This document shows positions 17,218 through 26,676 of a DNA stretch of 64,000 nt, piece after piece (position 1 is the stretch's first letter; every line of letters begins with the position of its first letter). The notes below the pieces were generated by a model. The model searched no databases and was not told the DNA's origin. It saw only the letters and a list, made by a program, of their open reading frames with translations. The translations under genes were made by a program, and so were the position numbers. The stretch comes from Escherichia phage vB_EcoS_FFH_1. Where the stretch lies: sequence record KJ190157; one strand, written 5' to 3'.

Positions 17218-19551
17218 TTATAATTGGCAACCACCTGATGCGCATCCAGCAGCAGCTTCCTCTCCTGCACCTCCACCGTTTGCGGTGTTGAAGTTAGCAT
17301 AATAGAAAGTTTTCCACCCGTACTTAACAGCAGTCATGAAATCACGAACTACTACTGGGCCAGGAATAATTTCATTCTCAAACTTGGTGTAGTCGTAGTA
17401 CATATTAGTACTGATAGACTGGCTGAAGAATTTCTGCATAGTTGCTACCCATTTGATCCACTCGATACGATCTACATCATAAGCCAATTTATAGCTCATT
17501 AACGTTTCCCAATCGGTTGCACCTGGAGCAATTGCAATTACTTTATTTACTGCACTACCCTTGATAGATACAATCTTACGTGGTGGTTCGATAGAGTTAG
17601 TAACACCTAACAGAACAGAAGAACTTTCTCCCGGCATCTGAGCAGTCAGAACAGAGTTACGCATACCATATTTCAGAATATCTGCACGTAGAGACTCCCA
17701 ATCCATTTCTAGACCTATGGATACCAGTTCATCAACAGTTTTCTTGTACGTGTCGATTACCAAAATTCCCTTAGATGGTTTAGTACGATCAAACCACTCA
17801 CATGCACCCTGTTCTTTAGCTAGGCGTACAGAGGCTTTATGCAGGAAGTAAGACAGTTTTTCAGCCTCACGGTGAATCCAGTTACGTGCTTCAATACCTT
17901 CATAAGCCAGACCTTCTGCGGCCATTGCACCTGCTGCGTTCATTAGGCCAATACCAACATTACGACGTTTCTTAGCCGTATATTCCATAGTTGGGAACGG
18001 ATAATCCTGAATTTCGATAATTGTATCAATGAATTTCAGAAGGATGTAGCAAGTTTTTTCCCACTCAGCCAGAGATTCCATGCGTCCAAGTACAACACCA
18101 CCTAAGTTACACAGAGATACTTCACCAATATCCTCCGGCTTCATTTGATCAAGCTGCTCTTTTGTCTTATACAGCTCTGTGATATGATGGAACGGGCGTG
18201 TAGGCTGAGTAATCTCAACACAAAGGTTTGTCATACGGATCGGATCAAGGAAATTACCATGACGATTAGACTCCCCAATGTGATGAGCATACATACGTCC
18301 TGTTTCCATTCGGATACGTAGCCAAGTATCTAGGATTTCTTTTGCAGAGACTTTAGGAGCTGCTGGAACTGTTTTTCCTTTGTGGTCGATCTTTGTAAGA
18401 GATGCCACACGTTTCTCCGCTGCCACATAGATTTCTTCAAATTTAGCCTCGTCATCACTATAAAACGCTTCATGAACTTCTGGAGCATAGAAGTATGACA
18501 TTAGCGTAATATCTTCATTTTTCAGATAACGTTTTAACAAAAGATTGTTGAAGCTCAGAGAATAATCCATCTTATCGATTTTATTCTCATCTGTAGCACG
18601 TTGTTGCTTAACCTGCATCAATTGAATGATTTCAGGGTCAAAGTATGGATAAGACACTGTAGCAGAACCACCACGAGTTTGCTGAGTATTGGCCTTTACT
18701 GAGCGGTCAATGTGTCGATAATATGGCAGTTTTCCGGAATGCGGGAATGCCCCATTTCGCACCGGATCAGCAATTGATCTGCTCTCAAGATGATACCCGA
18801 TTCCCGCTCTGGCTGCGACCATTTTGAAGACGATGTGCTCGGCGGTGTCGATTGAATCCAACGTGTCAGTGGAATCCACGAGGCAGCAACTAGCAAATCC
18901 ACGGTCACTAGAGCGCAGACCAACCAGTGGCGGCGTAGGAACGTTGATTTTGTGGAGCGACATTGCGTTGTAGAGGTCGATTGCATCTAGAATTGTCCAG
19001 TTAGGTTGAGATAACATCGCCATTGCCATACCCATGTAGGCAAACTGCGGGGTTTCATAAATTTCACCAGTGGCTATGTTACGACGGGAATACTTATCAA
19101 AGAACTGCTTCAGCCCACCACTAGTAAAAAGACGGTCACGATCATGGTCGATAACCTGATTCAGAGCTTCAAATTGCTCATCGGTAATCCATGCACTCAT
19201 GTCTTCCCATGCACCTACGCTAACCATGTGGTCATGGAAGAAACGTAGAGAAGGTGGTTCGAAGGAGTCATAAAGGCGCTTACGCATTTGCGCAAGACGT
19301 AATTCCTTTGCTGGCACATCGTATGCTGGGTTATCTTTGATAAGACTTTCAGCAGCTTTAATTAATGCGTCCATCAGAGTGTCGGAATCTACAACCCCTT
19401 TAGGTAGAGTTTTTTGAGCAGCCATAGTAATGGCTGACCAACTTACATCAACTGTTTTGCAACCATACTCTGCCCAACCATTGAGTTTTTCAGGAGCAAA
19501 GTCTTCTACAGTACCGTCACGTTTAATTACTTTTTCAATGCGATGGCTCAT
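17218..19551 (-). CDS. nrdA: Ribonucleotide reductase class Ia alpha subunit
   Basis: Clear colinear similarity to E. coli NrdA as recalled (ATP-cone start, C-terminal cysteine pair); start set at MSHRIEKVIKRDG with RBS AAGGAAAG. Confidence 0.9.
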   Translation of the reverse strand: MSHRIEKVIKRDGTVEDFAPEKLNGWAEYGCKTVDVSWSAITMAAQKTLPKGVVDSDTLMDALIKAAESLIKDNPAYDVPAKELRLAQMRKRLYDSFEPPSLRFFHDHMVSVGAWEDMSAWITDEQFEALNQVIDHDRDRLFTSGGLKQFFDKYSRRNIATGEIYETPQFAYMGMAMAMLSQPNWTILDAIDLYNAMSLHKINVPTPPLVGLRSSDRGFASCCLVDSTDTLDSIDTAEHIVFKMVAARAGIGYHLESRSIADPVRNGAFPHSGKLPYYRHIDRSVKANTQQTRGGSATVSYPYFDPEIIQLMQVKQQRATDENKIDKMDYSLSFNNLLLKRYLKNEDITLMSYFYAPEVHEAFYSDDEAKFEEIYVAAEKRVASLTKIDHKGKTVPAAPKVSAKEILDTWLRIRMETGRMYAHHIGESNRHGNFLDPIRMTNLCVEITQPTRPFHHITELYKTKEQLDQMKPEDIGEVSLCNLGGVVLGRMESLAEWEKTCYILLKFIDTIIEIQDYPFPTMEYTAKKRRNVGIGLMNAAGAMAAEGLAYEGIEARNWIHREAEKLSYFLHKASVRLAKEQGACEWFDRTKPSKGILVIDTYKKTVDELVSIGLEMDWESLRADILKYGMRNSVLTAQMPGESSSVLLGVTNSIEPPRKIVSIKGSAVNKVIAIAPGATDWETLMSYKLAYDVDRIEWIKWVATMQKFFSQSISTNMYYDYTKFENEIIPGPVVVRDFMTAVKYGWKTFYYANFNTANGGGAGEEAAAGCASGGCQL

Positions 19552-19589
19552 TTGGCTTTCCTTTTTATAGTTATCAGGATTTAAGGAAT

Positions 19590-19618
19590 ATTCTACTTTA
19601 TTATCGGTCATTAGGCAA
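19590..19618 (-). promoter_or_regulatory. Early promoter upstream of nrdA (TTGCCT-17-TAGAAT)
   Basis: Plus attcta 19590-19595 and aggcaa 19613-19618. Confidence 0.5.
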
Positions 19619-19692
19619 ATAAAATTTTCTGATAGAAAAGGCCCGAGTATTTTCATACCCAGGCCTGTATATTACCAGTCTAGCTTTTTAGC

Positions 19693-19914
19693 TTATTCAA
19701 TTACTTTAGCTCTAGCTACTTCTTTTAATAGAATATCTATAGAGGTGCTCAGCTCATTATAATTGAATGGTTTATTTGGATTTGAGGTTACAATTTTCCA
19801 CGCTAGGGTTGTCTTAGGACTTTCTTCCCCTTCCTTACGTGTAATCATATTAGCAGCACTCAGTGAAGTACGATGTATTTTAGTTTTACGGCTCAGATGA
19901 ACGACGTTTCCCAT
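19693..19914 (-). CDS. Hypothetical protein (74 aa), coupled to phoH
   Basis: Start at the internal ATG with RBS GAAGGTG; overlaps the phoH stop (TAATG). Confidence 0.4.
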   Translation of the reverse strand: MGNVVHLSRKTKIHRTSLSAANMITRKEGEESPKTTLAWKIVTSNPNKPFNYNELSTSIDILLKEVARAKVIE

Positions 19915-19915
19915 A

Positions 19916-20677
19916 TTACACCTTCCCCATGTCTTTAAAAATGTCATAGAATGCTTTAGACTCAACAGAACGAACGTTATCAATCAATTCGATCATTGAG
20001 AAGGGGGCATTTTCGTATTTCTCATAGACTTCCATAAGGAGTGCTAGACCTGAGTCACCTTTAATGTCTTTCTGAGCTATATCTCCGCAGATAATTAAAC
20101 GGCAGTCTTGTCCTACACGGGTTAGGAGACAAATCATTGCCTCAACGGAAATATTCTGAGCTTCATCGACAATTACATAGGAGTTGTTGAAAGTTCTGCC
20201 ACGAGCATGTTCGATAGCCAAAAATTTAATTTTCTGACGTTCGACATATCCTTTATATGCATGATCGCCGATGGCCCATTTCATACCATCAGCTATTGGC
20301 TCCAACCAAGGCTCTAGCTTTTCCGCTAGATCACCAGGAAGCATACCAAGAGACTTACCTAGAGGTTCATTAGGACGTACGAGAATCACTTGCTCAATAT
20401 CTGAGTGAATGTCTACTAGTTCCTGAGCTGCAAGAACGGACGGAATAAAGGTTTTACCAGTACCTGGCTCACCGATACCCACAGTCACTGTGTTGTTCTT
20501 GATCATATTGATATATGATTTTTGCTCGCGGTTTTTACCTACTAGGGATTTAGCAACTGGGTTAGCGTAATCATTAGAAAAATCAGCCTGAATTACGTTA
20601 TTCTCATATTTGTTGCCACGCTTTCTTGAACCATTGCGGTTCTCTCTTTTTTGACGTGCTTTTCCCATAAATAACAC
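19916..20677 (-). CDS. phoH: PhoH-like ATPase
   Basis: Walker A GEPGTGKTF and PhoH-like layout; RBS AGGAG. Confidence 0.85.
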   Translation of the reverse strand: MLFMGKARQKRENRNGSRKRGNKYENNVIQADFSNDYANPVAKSLVGKNREQKSYINMIKNNTVTVGIGEPGTGKTFIPSVLAAQELVDIHSDIEQVILVRPNEPLGKSLGMLPGDLAEKLEPWLEPIADGMKWAIGDHAYKGYVERQKIKFLAIEHARGRTFNNSYVIVDEAQNISVEAMICLLTRVGQDCRLIICGDIAQKDIKGDSGLALLMEVYEKYENAPFSMIELIDNVRSVESKAFYDIFKDMGKV

Positions 20678-20744
20678 TCCTATAGTGTACTTCGCTTCTA
20701 ACAGAGGATCAACAAAGAGATCTTGTTTATCAACTTACAAATAT

Positions 20745-20773
20745 ATTATAACAAGGTTTACAGCAAAAAGCAA
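20745..20773 (-). promoter_or_regulatory. Conserved early promoter upstream of phoH
   Basis: Minus strand TTGCTT-17-TATAAT. Confidence 0.6.
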
Positions 20774-20965
20774 GTATAATTTTAAATAAACCTATGATAT
20801 TGCTTTTAAGTAAAAAATTTACTTGCTTTTAACGTGAGATGTACGATACTAGATAATCATTTTATATCGCGTGCACGAGTGCGTGATTATACAATTTTTA
20901 ATAGAGGTTGGCAAATAAAATTTTTTGACTCAGATCATGTTACAGAACTTTATAGTAAAATATTA

Positions 20966-20994
20966 TTGACATCCGCCCTCGAATGAGTTATAAT
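20966..20994 (+). promoter_or_regulatory. Consensus sigma70 promoter (TTGACA-17-TATAAT) upstream of nrdD
   Basis: ttgaca 20966-20971 and tataat 20989-20994, then RBS GAAGGAGGG and ATG at 21024. Confidence 0.65.
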
Positions 20995-21023
20995 AGTAGT
21001 CTTAGTTAGAGAAGGAGGGTGTA

Positions 21024-22898
21024 ATGAATCGTAATGAAGAACTAAAATATAAAGAAATGCAGGCGTTAATTAGAAACTGCAAAGAGATTATCGAAGGGTC
21101 AGCAGATGAAGAGCTGCTGTTTAATAATGCTAATAAACCCTCAGAACGTTTCCCTACACAAAGGGATATGCTTGCAGGTGAATTGAGTAAGTATCTAATT
21201 CTAGAAGAAATGCCTATCCAGATTCGAAATGCTCATATGATTGGGGATATTCATTTCCACGATGCTGATTATGCTGCATTAGGCATGACTAACTGTTGTC
21301 TGGTAGCTTTGGAAGATATGTTGAAGAATGGTATGAAGGTTGGTAATGCTGAAATTAGCACTCCAAACTCTATCACTACTGCGGCGGCTATTACTGCTCA
21401 GATTATCACTCAGGTTAGCTCCCATCAGTATGGCGGTACTTCTGTAGATCGCCTTGATGAAGTATTAGCCCCTTATGTTCGTAAATCCTATGACAAAAAT
21501 CATGCGTTTGCAAAACGTTGGACTAAGGATGAAGCCAAAGCATCAGTAATGGCTACGGAGATGACTGAAAAAGAAGTCTATGACGCTTGTCAGGGTTTAG
21601 AATATGAAATCAATACCATGTTCAACTCTAATGGTCAGAGTCCATTTATTACCTTTGGTTTTGGTCTAGGAACTTCCTGGGAAGCACGTCTAGTACAGAA
21701 AGCAGTACTGAAAGTACGCATGGATGGTTTAGGTATCAATAAACGTACAGCTATCTTCCCGAAACTGGTATTTGTACTTCGCGATGGCGTAAATATGAAA
21801 CCAGGAGATGTTAATTATGACATCAAGAAGTTAGCTATGAAATGTACTGCTGAACGTATGTATCCAGATTATATCAGCTATGACAAGGTTGTAGAAGTTA
21901 CTGGAGACTATAAAGTTTCTATGGGCTGCCGTTCATTCCTAGCTGCTGCAGAAGATGGTGAAACTGCTGGCCGTAATAACTTAGGTGTTGTTTCTGTAAA
22001 CTTGCCTAGAATTGCTATCGAAGCTGAAGGAAATATTGATCTATTCTTTGATTTGCTTGAGCTACGTGTGGATACAGCGTTAAAAGCATTGGAGTGGAGA
22101 GTTGATCGCTTAAAATACATCCAAGCTAAAGCTGCACCCATCCTCTATATGTCAGGAGCCTTTGGGTTACGCTTGGAGCCTGATGAATATGTATTCGATC
22201 ATTTCTATAACCGTGCTTCTGTATCTCTAGGGTATATTGGTTGCCATGAAATGCTACAGTTCATGTTCGGCAAAGATGTAGACACAATGTCAGAGACCTG
22301 CATCAAGTTTGTTCAGCGTGTATTGCAGTACATGCGAGATAGAGTCGATCAGAAGAAGGAAGAGACTAAGTTAGGTTATAGCCTGTATGCTACACCGTCA
22401 GAGTCCCTATGTGATAGGTTTTGCCGTTTAGACCGTGAATATTTCCCAGAGCATGAAGATATTCTGTCTAAAGGATACTACACTAACTCGCACCACCTTG
22501 ATGTAGAGCGTAAAGTTGCTCCTAACGTGAAATTTGATTATGAATCTAACTTTACGCCTATTGCTTCTGGTGGGTGCATTTCCTATGTAGAACTACCGGA
22601 TATGAAACGATTCCCAGATGCACTGGAATGGGTTATTAATTATGCTGCTAGTAAGGTTCATTACTTCGGTATTAATACCCCAGTGGATTCTTGTGGTAAA
22701 TGTGGATTCTTAGGTGAAACAATAGCATCCGAAGATGGATTCAAGTGCCCTATCTGTGGTAATCATGACCCCGAAACTCTTGAAGTAACTCGTCGAGTTT
22801 GTGGGTATCTTGGAAATCCAGGTGCTCGTCCGTTTAACCCAGGAAAACAACATGAGGTTATGGGCAGGGTGAAACATCAGGATATTCGAGCTAAGTAA
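21024..22898 (+). CDS. nrdD: Anaerobic ribonucleoside-triphosphate reductase (class III)
   Basis: C-terminal glycyl-radical motif RVCGYLG and Zn-ribbon CPICG. Confidence 0.9.
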   Translation: MNRNEELKYKEMQALIRNCKEIIEGSADEELLFNNANKPSERFPTQRDMLAGELSKYLILEEMPIQIRNAHMIGDIHFHDADYAALGMTNCCLVALEDMLKNGMKVGNAEISTPNSITTAAAITAQIITQVSSHQYGGTSVDRLDEVLAPYVRKSYDKNHAFAKRWTKDEAKASVMATEMTEKEVYDACQGLEYEINTMFNSNGQSPFITFGFGLGTSWEARLVQKAVLKVRMDGLGINKRTAIFPKLVFVLRDGVNMKPGDVNYDIKKLAMKCTAERMYPDYISYDKVVEVTGDYKVSMGCRSFLAAAEDGETAGRNNLGVVSVNLPRIAIEAEGNIDLFFDLLELRVDTALKALEWRVDRLKYIQAKAAPILYMSGAFGLRLEPDEYVFDHFYNRASVSLGYIGCHEMLQFMFGKDVDTMSETCIKFVQRVLQYMRDRVDQKKEETKLGYSLYATPSESLCDRFCRLDREYFPEHEDILSKGYYTNSHHLDVERKVAPNVKFDYESNFTPIASGGCISYVELPDMKRFPDALEWVINYAASKVHYFGINTPVDSCGKCGFLGETIASEDGFKCPICGNHDPETLEVTRRVCGYLGNPGARPFNPGKQHEVMGRVKHQDIRAK

Positions 22899-22903
22899 GC
22901 TAA

Positions 22904-22940
22904 TCAGCCGGGTTGCTAGTCGACCTGGCTTTTATTTTAT
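22904..22940 (+). terminator. Intrinsic terminator after nrdD
   Basis: Hairpin agccggg...cctggct followed by ttttatttta. Confidence 0.5.
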
Positions 22941-22969
22941 TTGCTTTCAGCCAAAAATTTATATATAAT
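22941..22969 (+). promoter_or_regulatory. PN25-like early promoter
   Basis: TTGCTTTCAG...TATAAT-AGATTTATAAATTTGAGGAGG, very similar to the T5 PN25 sequence recalled from memory. Confidence 0.65.
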
Positions 22970-22998
22970 AGATTTATAAATTTGAGGAGGTAGGAATT

Positions 22999-23379
22999 AT
23001 GACTTTAAAACCGTATATAGTGGAGTCTACGTGTGGCAGTTTCCACCTGGGTGTGGATGATATTGCTGAGGCTGTCTTTGCTGCCACAGGTGATTACTCT
23101 CATATAGGGGGTGCTGGGTACCCCACCGTTATTGGCGATTGGGTGGAAACAAATCTAGATGTGTCGCCTTATAACCCGTATTGCTTGTTTGATGAAGACA
23201 GAGATGAGGTAAAGTGTAATCTTGAATTTGTGTATAATAGAGTATTAAAAGTATACCAACGTAGTCCCGAGGGGTACGGAGATATTACTTGTAGTATTAA
23301 ACAGTATCTTAAAGATGTATACTCTAGTTTTTCTGACGAAGGCCTAGAAACAGTTGCAGTGGAGTTTAATAATGACTAA
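22999..23379 (+). CDS. Hypothetical protein (126 aa); no radical-SAM CxxxCxxC motif, so not an obvious NrdG
   Basis: ORF with RBS GAGGAGG. Confidence 0.5.
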   Translation: MTLKPYIVESTCGSFHLGVDDIAEAVFAATGDYSHIGGAGYPTVIGDWVETNLDVSPYNPYCLFDEDRDEVKCNLEFVYNRVLKVYQRSPEGYGDITCSIKQYLKDVYSSFSDEGLETVAVEFNND

Positions 23380-23578
23380 GAATGTGAAACACCTTAAATA
23401 TCGCTTAATCTATAACGGACGTATGGAAACAGAAGATCTGGCCCAATTAGCTATTAATTCTAATGAGGTTATGGTGCGTGCGCTAGCAATTGAAAAGTTG
23501 CGTGCTTCTTATGAAAATCGTGTTATGGAACTAGAGGAGAAACTGTATGGACTTCTTGAATCAGAGTCTAAAAAGTAA
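23372..23578 (+). CDS. Hypothetical protein (about 68 aa)
   Basis: Start taken at the internal ATG (MTKNVKHL...). Confidence 0.4.
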   Translation: MTKNVKHLKYRLIYNGRMETEDLAQLAINSNEVMVRALAIEKLRASYENRVMELEEKLYGLLESESKK

Positions 23579-23741
23579 TCCAGAAAACATGCTTATTGAG
23601 CAATGGAACTTTGGTTATAATGCCGGTATAGCTACTTGTATTGCTAGATTGGATATGCTTATTAAGCAAGAAAAGGTACGCCCGGAGGAAGCAATTTTAC
23701 TCCGAAATATTATCGAAGGATTTAAGCAAGGAATCGTATAG
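23547..23741 (+). CDS. Hypothetical protein (64 aa)
   Basis: RBS GGAG upstream. Confidence 0.4.
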   Translation: MDFLNQSLKSNPENMLIEQWNFGYNAGIATCIARLDMLIKQEKVRPEEAILLRNIIEGFKQGIV

Positions 23742-24565
23742 TGCGTAGACTAATTATTATTAGCGGTGCGGGTTTGAGTGTTGAAAGTGGTGTACGAGCT
23801 TTTCGTACTGATACTGCTAGTGGTAAAGCATTGTGGGATGATTATAATCTAGAAGAAGTATGTAATATTCATGCCTTTCGTGGTAATTTTTATCATAAAA
23901 CCCATATGTTTTACAACAAGCGACGTGAAGAGTTAGAAACTGTTGAACCTAACCTTGCGCATCTTCGTATTGGTGAGTGGTATAAGAAATATCCGGGTCA
24001 AGTAGTAAATTTGACTACTAACATTGATGACCTTATTGAGCGTGCTGGTGTTCCACATAATGATATTCTCCACATTCATGGATACTTAAAGGAGGTTGTT
24101 GTAGCTGATAGCTACAATAGTAGTAATAAACGAATTATTGATGTTGGGTATAACTCTATTGACCCAGAGGATTATAAATGGGTTAAACCTAACGTTATCT
24201 TCTTTGGTGAGCATGCTCCAGCATATACAGAAATGTACAATGTTTTTGATGGTATTACCAGTCAAGATATGATCATTGTGGTTGGTTGCTCTAACCAAGT
24301 AATTAACTTCTACTGGGAATTATTTCCTGTTCTTAATTTGACTGCTGCCAAATTAATGGTAGTTAACTACTACGATAGTGCCCTAGCGGCAGAACCAGGC
24401 TATCAAGGTATGACTCGTAGTGAGATGTACCAGTTGGAAGATCGTGGTATTCCTTACTGGAGTAAAGGTGCGGTAGATGCTTTTAGTGACCCTGATTTTA
24501 TTGCTCGTGTGGAAGCCCATTTAGAGGGTAGACCTTACGTGCCAGGGAAACAAATATGTCCATAA
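23741..24565 (+). CDS. Sir2-family protein (NAD-dependent deacylase / ADP-ribosyltransferase fold)
   Basis: Motifs GAGLSVESGVRAFR, TTNIDDL, HIHG; GTG start with RBS AAGGAA. Confidence 0.75.
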   Translation: MRRLIIISGAGLSVESGVRAFRTDTASGKALWDDYNLEEVCNIHAFRGNFYHKTHMFYNKRREELETVEPNLAHLRIGEWYKKYPGQVVNLTTNIDDLIERAGVPHNDILHIHGYLKEVVVADSYNSSNKRIIDVGYNSIDPEDYKWVKPNVIFFGEHAPAYTEMYNVFDGITSQDMIIVVGCSNQVINFYWELFPVLNLTAAKLMVVNYYDSALAAEPGYQGMTRSEMYQLEDRGIPYWSKGAVDAFSDPDFIARVEAHLEGRPYVPGKQICP

Positions 24566-24738
24566 TTAAATCTGTGTATACACACCCTGATGATATATTT
24601 GTATGGGCGGACGGTAGTTGGTGCTATCGCTGTGAACTGTGGGAAATGGACTATAAATCCGATGACTATGGTGTCATATATGTTGATACGGCTGAGTATG
24701 ATACGTTCTTAGAAAGGAACAAAAATGGAAATAAGTAA
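24556..24738 (+). CDS. Hypothetical small protein (60 aa)
   Basis: ORF overlapping both neighbours. Confidence 0.35.
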   Translation: MSIIKSVYTHPDDIFVWADGSWCYRCELWEMDYKSDDYGVIYVDTAEYDTFLERNKNGNK

Positions 24739-25231
24739 TACTCCAATTATTTTTCTAGACATTGATGGGGTGCTCAATTCGAGCATCTCCCACCATCATG
24801 CACCTGATGATGAAAAGATTTTCTTTGGAAGTGACTGGGTTTTCAAACCGCTTCTCAAGGCTTTTCAGGACTTTATTCGTCCTTCTCCGATAATGATTGT
24901 TGGGGTATCCTCATGGTTCTCTGTCAGGAATGAGATGGAGAACGTTCAGATTATGACCGGATTAGGTCTTATCGATCGTTTTCTTGGTACAACGGATTTT
25001 ACTGGTGGTGGGCTATCTAGGGGTAATTCTGTTCTTCGCTTCGTTGAAAAGCATAAGCTCAAACATTGGTGTGTACTGGATGACGCTGGTGCTATGATGT
25101 ATCAGTATCCAACGGTTATAGTCAATGGTAGAACTGGAATAAATCTTCAAGATTTAAAAGCTGTTAGCTATATGCTAGAATTTAGCCCAGATCTTGAAAT
25201 GTGTAAATCCTTACAACAATTTAAGGTGTAA
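24725..25231 (+). CDS. HAD-superfamily phosphatase-like protein
   Basis: N-terminal FLDIDGVLN (DxDG motif I); RBS AGGAA. Confidence 0.55.
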   Translation: MEISNTPIIFLDIDGVLNSSISHHHAPDDEKIFFGSDWVFKPLLKAFQDFIRPSPIMIVGVSSWFSVRNEMENVQIMTGLGLIDRFLGTTDFTGGGLSRGNSVLRFVEKHKLKHWCVLDDAGAMMYQYPTVIVNGRTGINLQDLKAVSYMLEFSPDLEMCKSLQQFKV

Positions 25232-25233
25232 AT

Positions 25234-25662
25234 ATGTTCAATAATGTATTCTCTAAAGAAGCTAACCCAATTTTGGTTAACTTTTGGCGTACTCTCCCAG
25301 CTAGCCTGTATAATGAGGCTATTAACTCTTTGAAAATATGGTGTGAGAATAACGAAATCTCCTTTGCTTTTAAAGATGATATTGATGAGGCTCCCTGTAT
25401 TGTTTTAATTGTGCAGGTAGAGGAGGGTCTTGAAGAGATTGTGGGCTGGAAAGAGTTAGACGAAATGGGCTTAGTTTTTGCGTTAAATTATAAACTGTTT
25501 ATGCCTGCTAAGCATCGCCTTGTTGTTAACTATAAAACTAGTGAATCTCCTGGTTTTCAGGTTAATGAACGTTATGGTTGGTCTTACTCACCGGAAGAAG
25601 TAAATGAGGGGATTCAGAAACTTCGACGTTTCGGGTATATGATCCCGGGTTTAACTGCTTAA
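25234..25662 (+). CDS. Hypothetical protein, paralog A of a tandem pair
   Basis: Shares WKELDEMGLVFALNYKLFMP and C-terminal YMIPGLT with the next ORF. Confidence 0.5.
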   Translation: MFNNVFSKEANPILVNFWRTLPASLYNEAINSLKIWCENNEISFAFKDDIDEAPCIVLIVQVEEGLEEIVGWKELDEMGLVFALNYKLFMPAKHRLVVNYKTSESPGFQVNERYGWSYSPEEVNEGIQKLRRFGYMIPGLTA

Positions 25663-25671
25663 GGAGGCAGG

Positions 25672-26064
25672 ATGGAACAAGTATATTGGCGTCAGATTGA
25701 CCCTAGTTTGGTGAAACGTGCGGAGAAGCTGCTACAACGTTGGTTGGGGGTAAGGCAAGCCTCCTTCTCTTTTCCGGAGCAGCAAACGGATGATCCATGC
25801 ATTGGCGTTTTCCTGTCTGGATATGCCGGGGAATGGGAGATGGATTGGAATGAATTGTCCGCTATGGGTTTAATTGTTGCCCTAAATTTCTCTTTGTTCC
25901 ATCCACGTGGTTTGGCCATATGTCGTGTGCCTGATGACGGTTGTTCGCCCCATCTTTTACAGGTGGAAGATGATATTTGGGAGTACACTCCAGATATTCT
26001 CAAAGAAGCTAAAGAACAATTAAACCGTGTTGGGATTTATGTTCCAGGCCTAAATGATGAATGA
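25672..26064 (+). CDS. Hypothetical protein, paralog B of a tandem pair
   Basis: WNELSAMGLIVALNFSLFHP and YVPGLN match the previous ORF; RBS AAGGAGG. Confidence 0.5.
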   Translation: MEQVYWRQIDPSLVKRAEKLLQRWLGVRQASFSFPEQQTDDPCIGVFLSGYAGEWEMDWNELSAMGLIVALNFSLFHPRGLAICRVPDDGCSPHLLQVEDDIWEYTPDILKEAKEQLNRVGIYVPGLNDE

Positions 26065-26088
26065 TTTTTACTAGCTGAACTCTGATTA

Positions 26089-26113
26089 CCGAGTCAAAAT
26101 GACTCGGTTTTAT
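26089..26113 (+). terminator. Intrinsic terminator
   Basis: Hairpin ccgagtc-aaaat-gactcgg followed by ttttat. Confidence 0.55.
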
Positions 26114-26155
26114 CCGTACTCAAGACCAATGATAGCACCATCCGGAAAATTTTAC

Positions 26156-26184
26156 TTGCAGGATGCCCAAAATCTTGATATAAT
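26156..26184 (+). promoter_or_regulatory. Early-type promoter (TTGCAG-17-TATAAT) with no ORF for about 490 nt downstream
   Basis: ttgcag 26156-26161 and tataat 26179-26184 followed by the conserved ATATTTATATTGAGAG box. Confidence 0.5.
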
Positions 26185-26676
26185 ATTTATATTGAGAGAC
26201 ATTAGTAAAAATTGATTTTGCTAATTTTTCTTGTTTACAATCCGCGATACGGAACAGTTAGGCTGCCCCATTAAGGGTTGTTTTAACTATTACTAGTGTT
26301 TATATTGCATTAGTTAATCTTCAATTAAGTGATCTGTGTACCCTGAATTCGGAAAGGTAAATCCAAACCGTGCATATTTAGCTCGTTATATAGGCAGAGC
26401 TTTATATGGGGGTGCGAACGAAAAGAGCAGCGAATGGCGGCACGTACAGTAGTCACCTACCAATAGGATAGTGAGGACAAATAGAATCGGCTTAGCGGCC
26501 AATGACCTAGGTTCTATTCTGTATATGAGCGAAGAGAGCACAGCACTGAGATATGATAACTTATTCATATTGTTTGATGATAATTGATGTTTACGTAAAT
26601 AGTAGTAATAGTTGTTCTATTCTTTCTGAATAGTCCTAAAGAAAAGATTTCTATTAATCAACACAGGAGTATTGTT

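Noticed and set aside
26386-26568. Minus-strand 60 aa ORF in the long intergenic region
   Set aside because: No RBS, opposite to local transcription, at minimum length; treated as noncoding.
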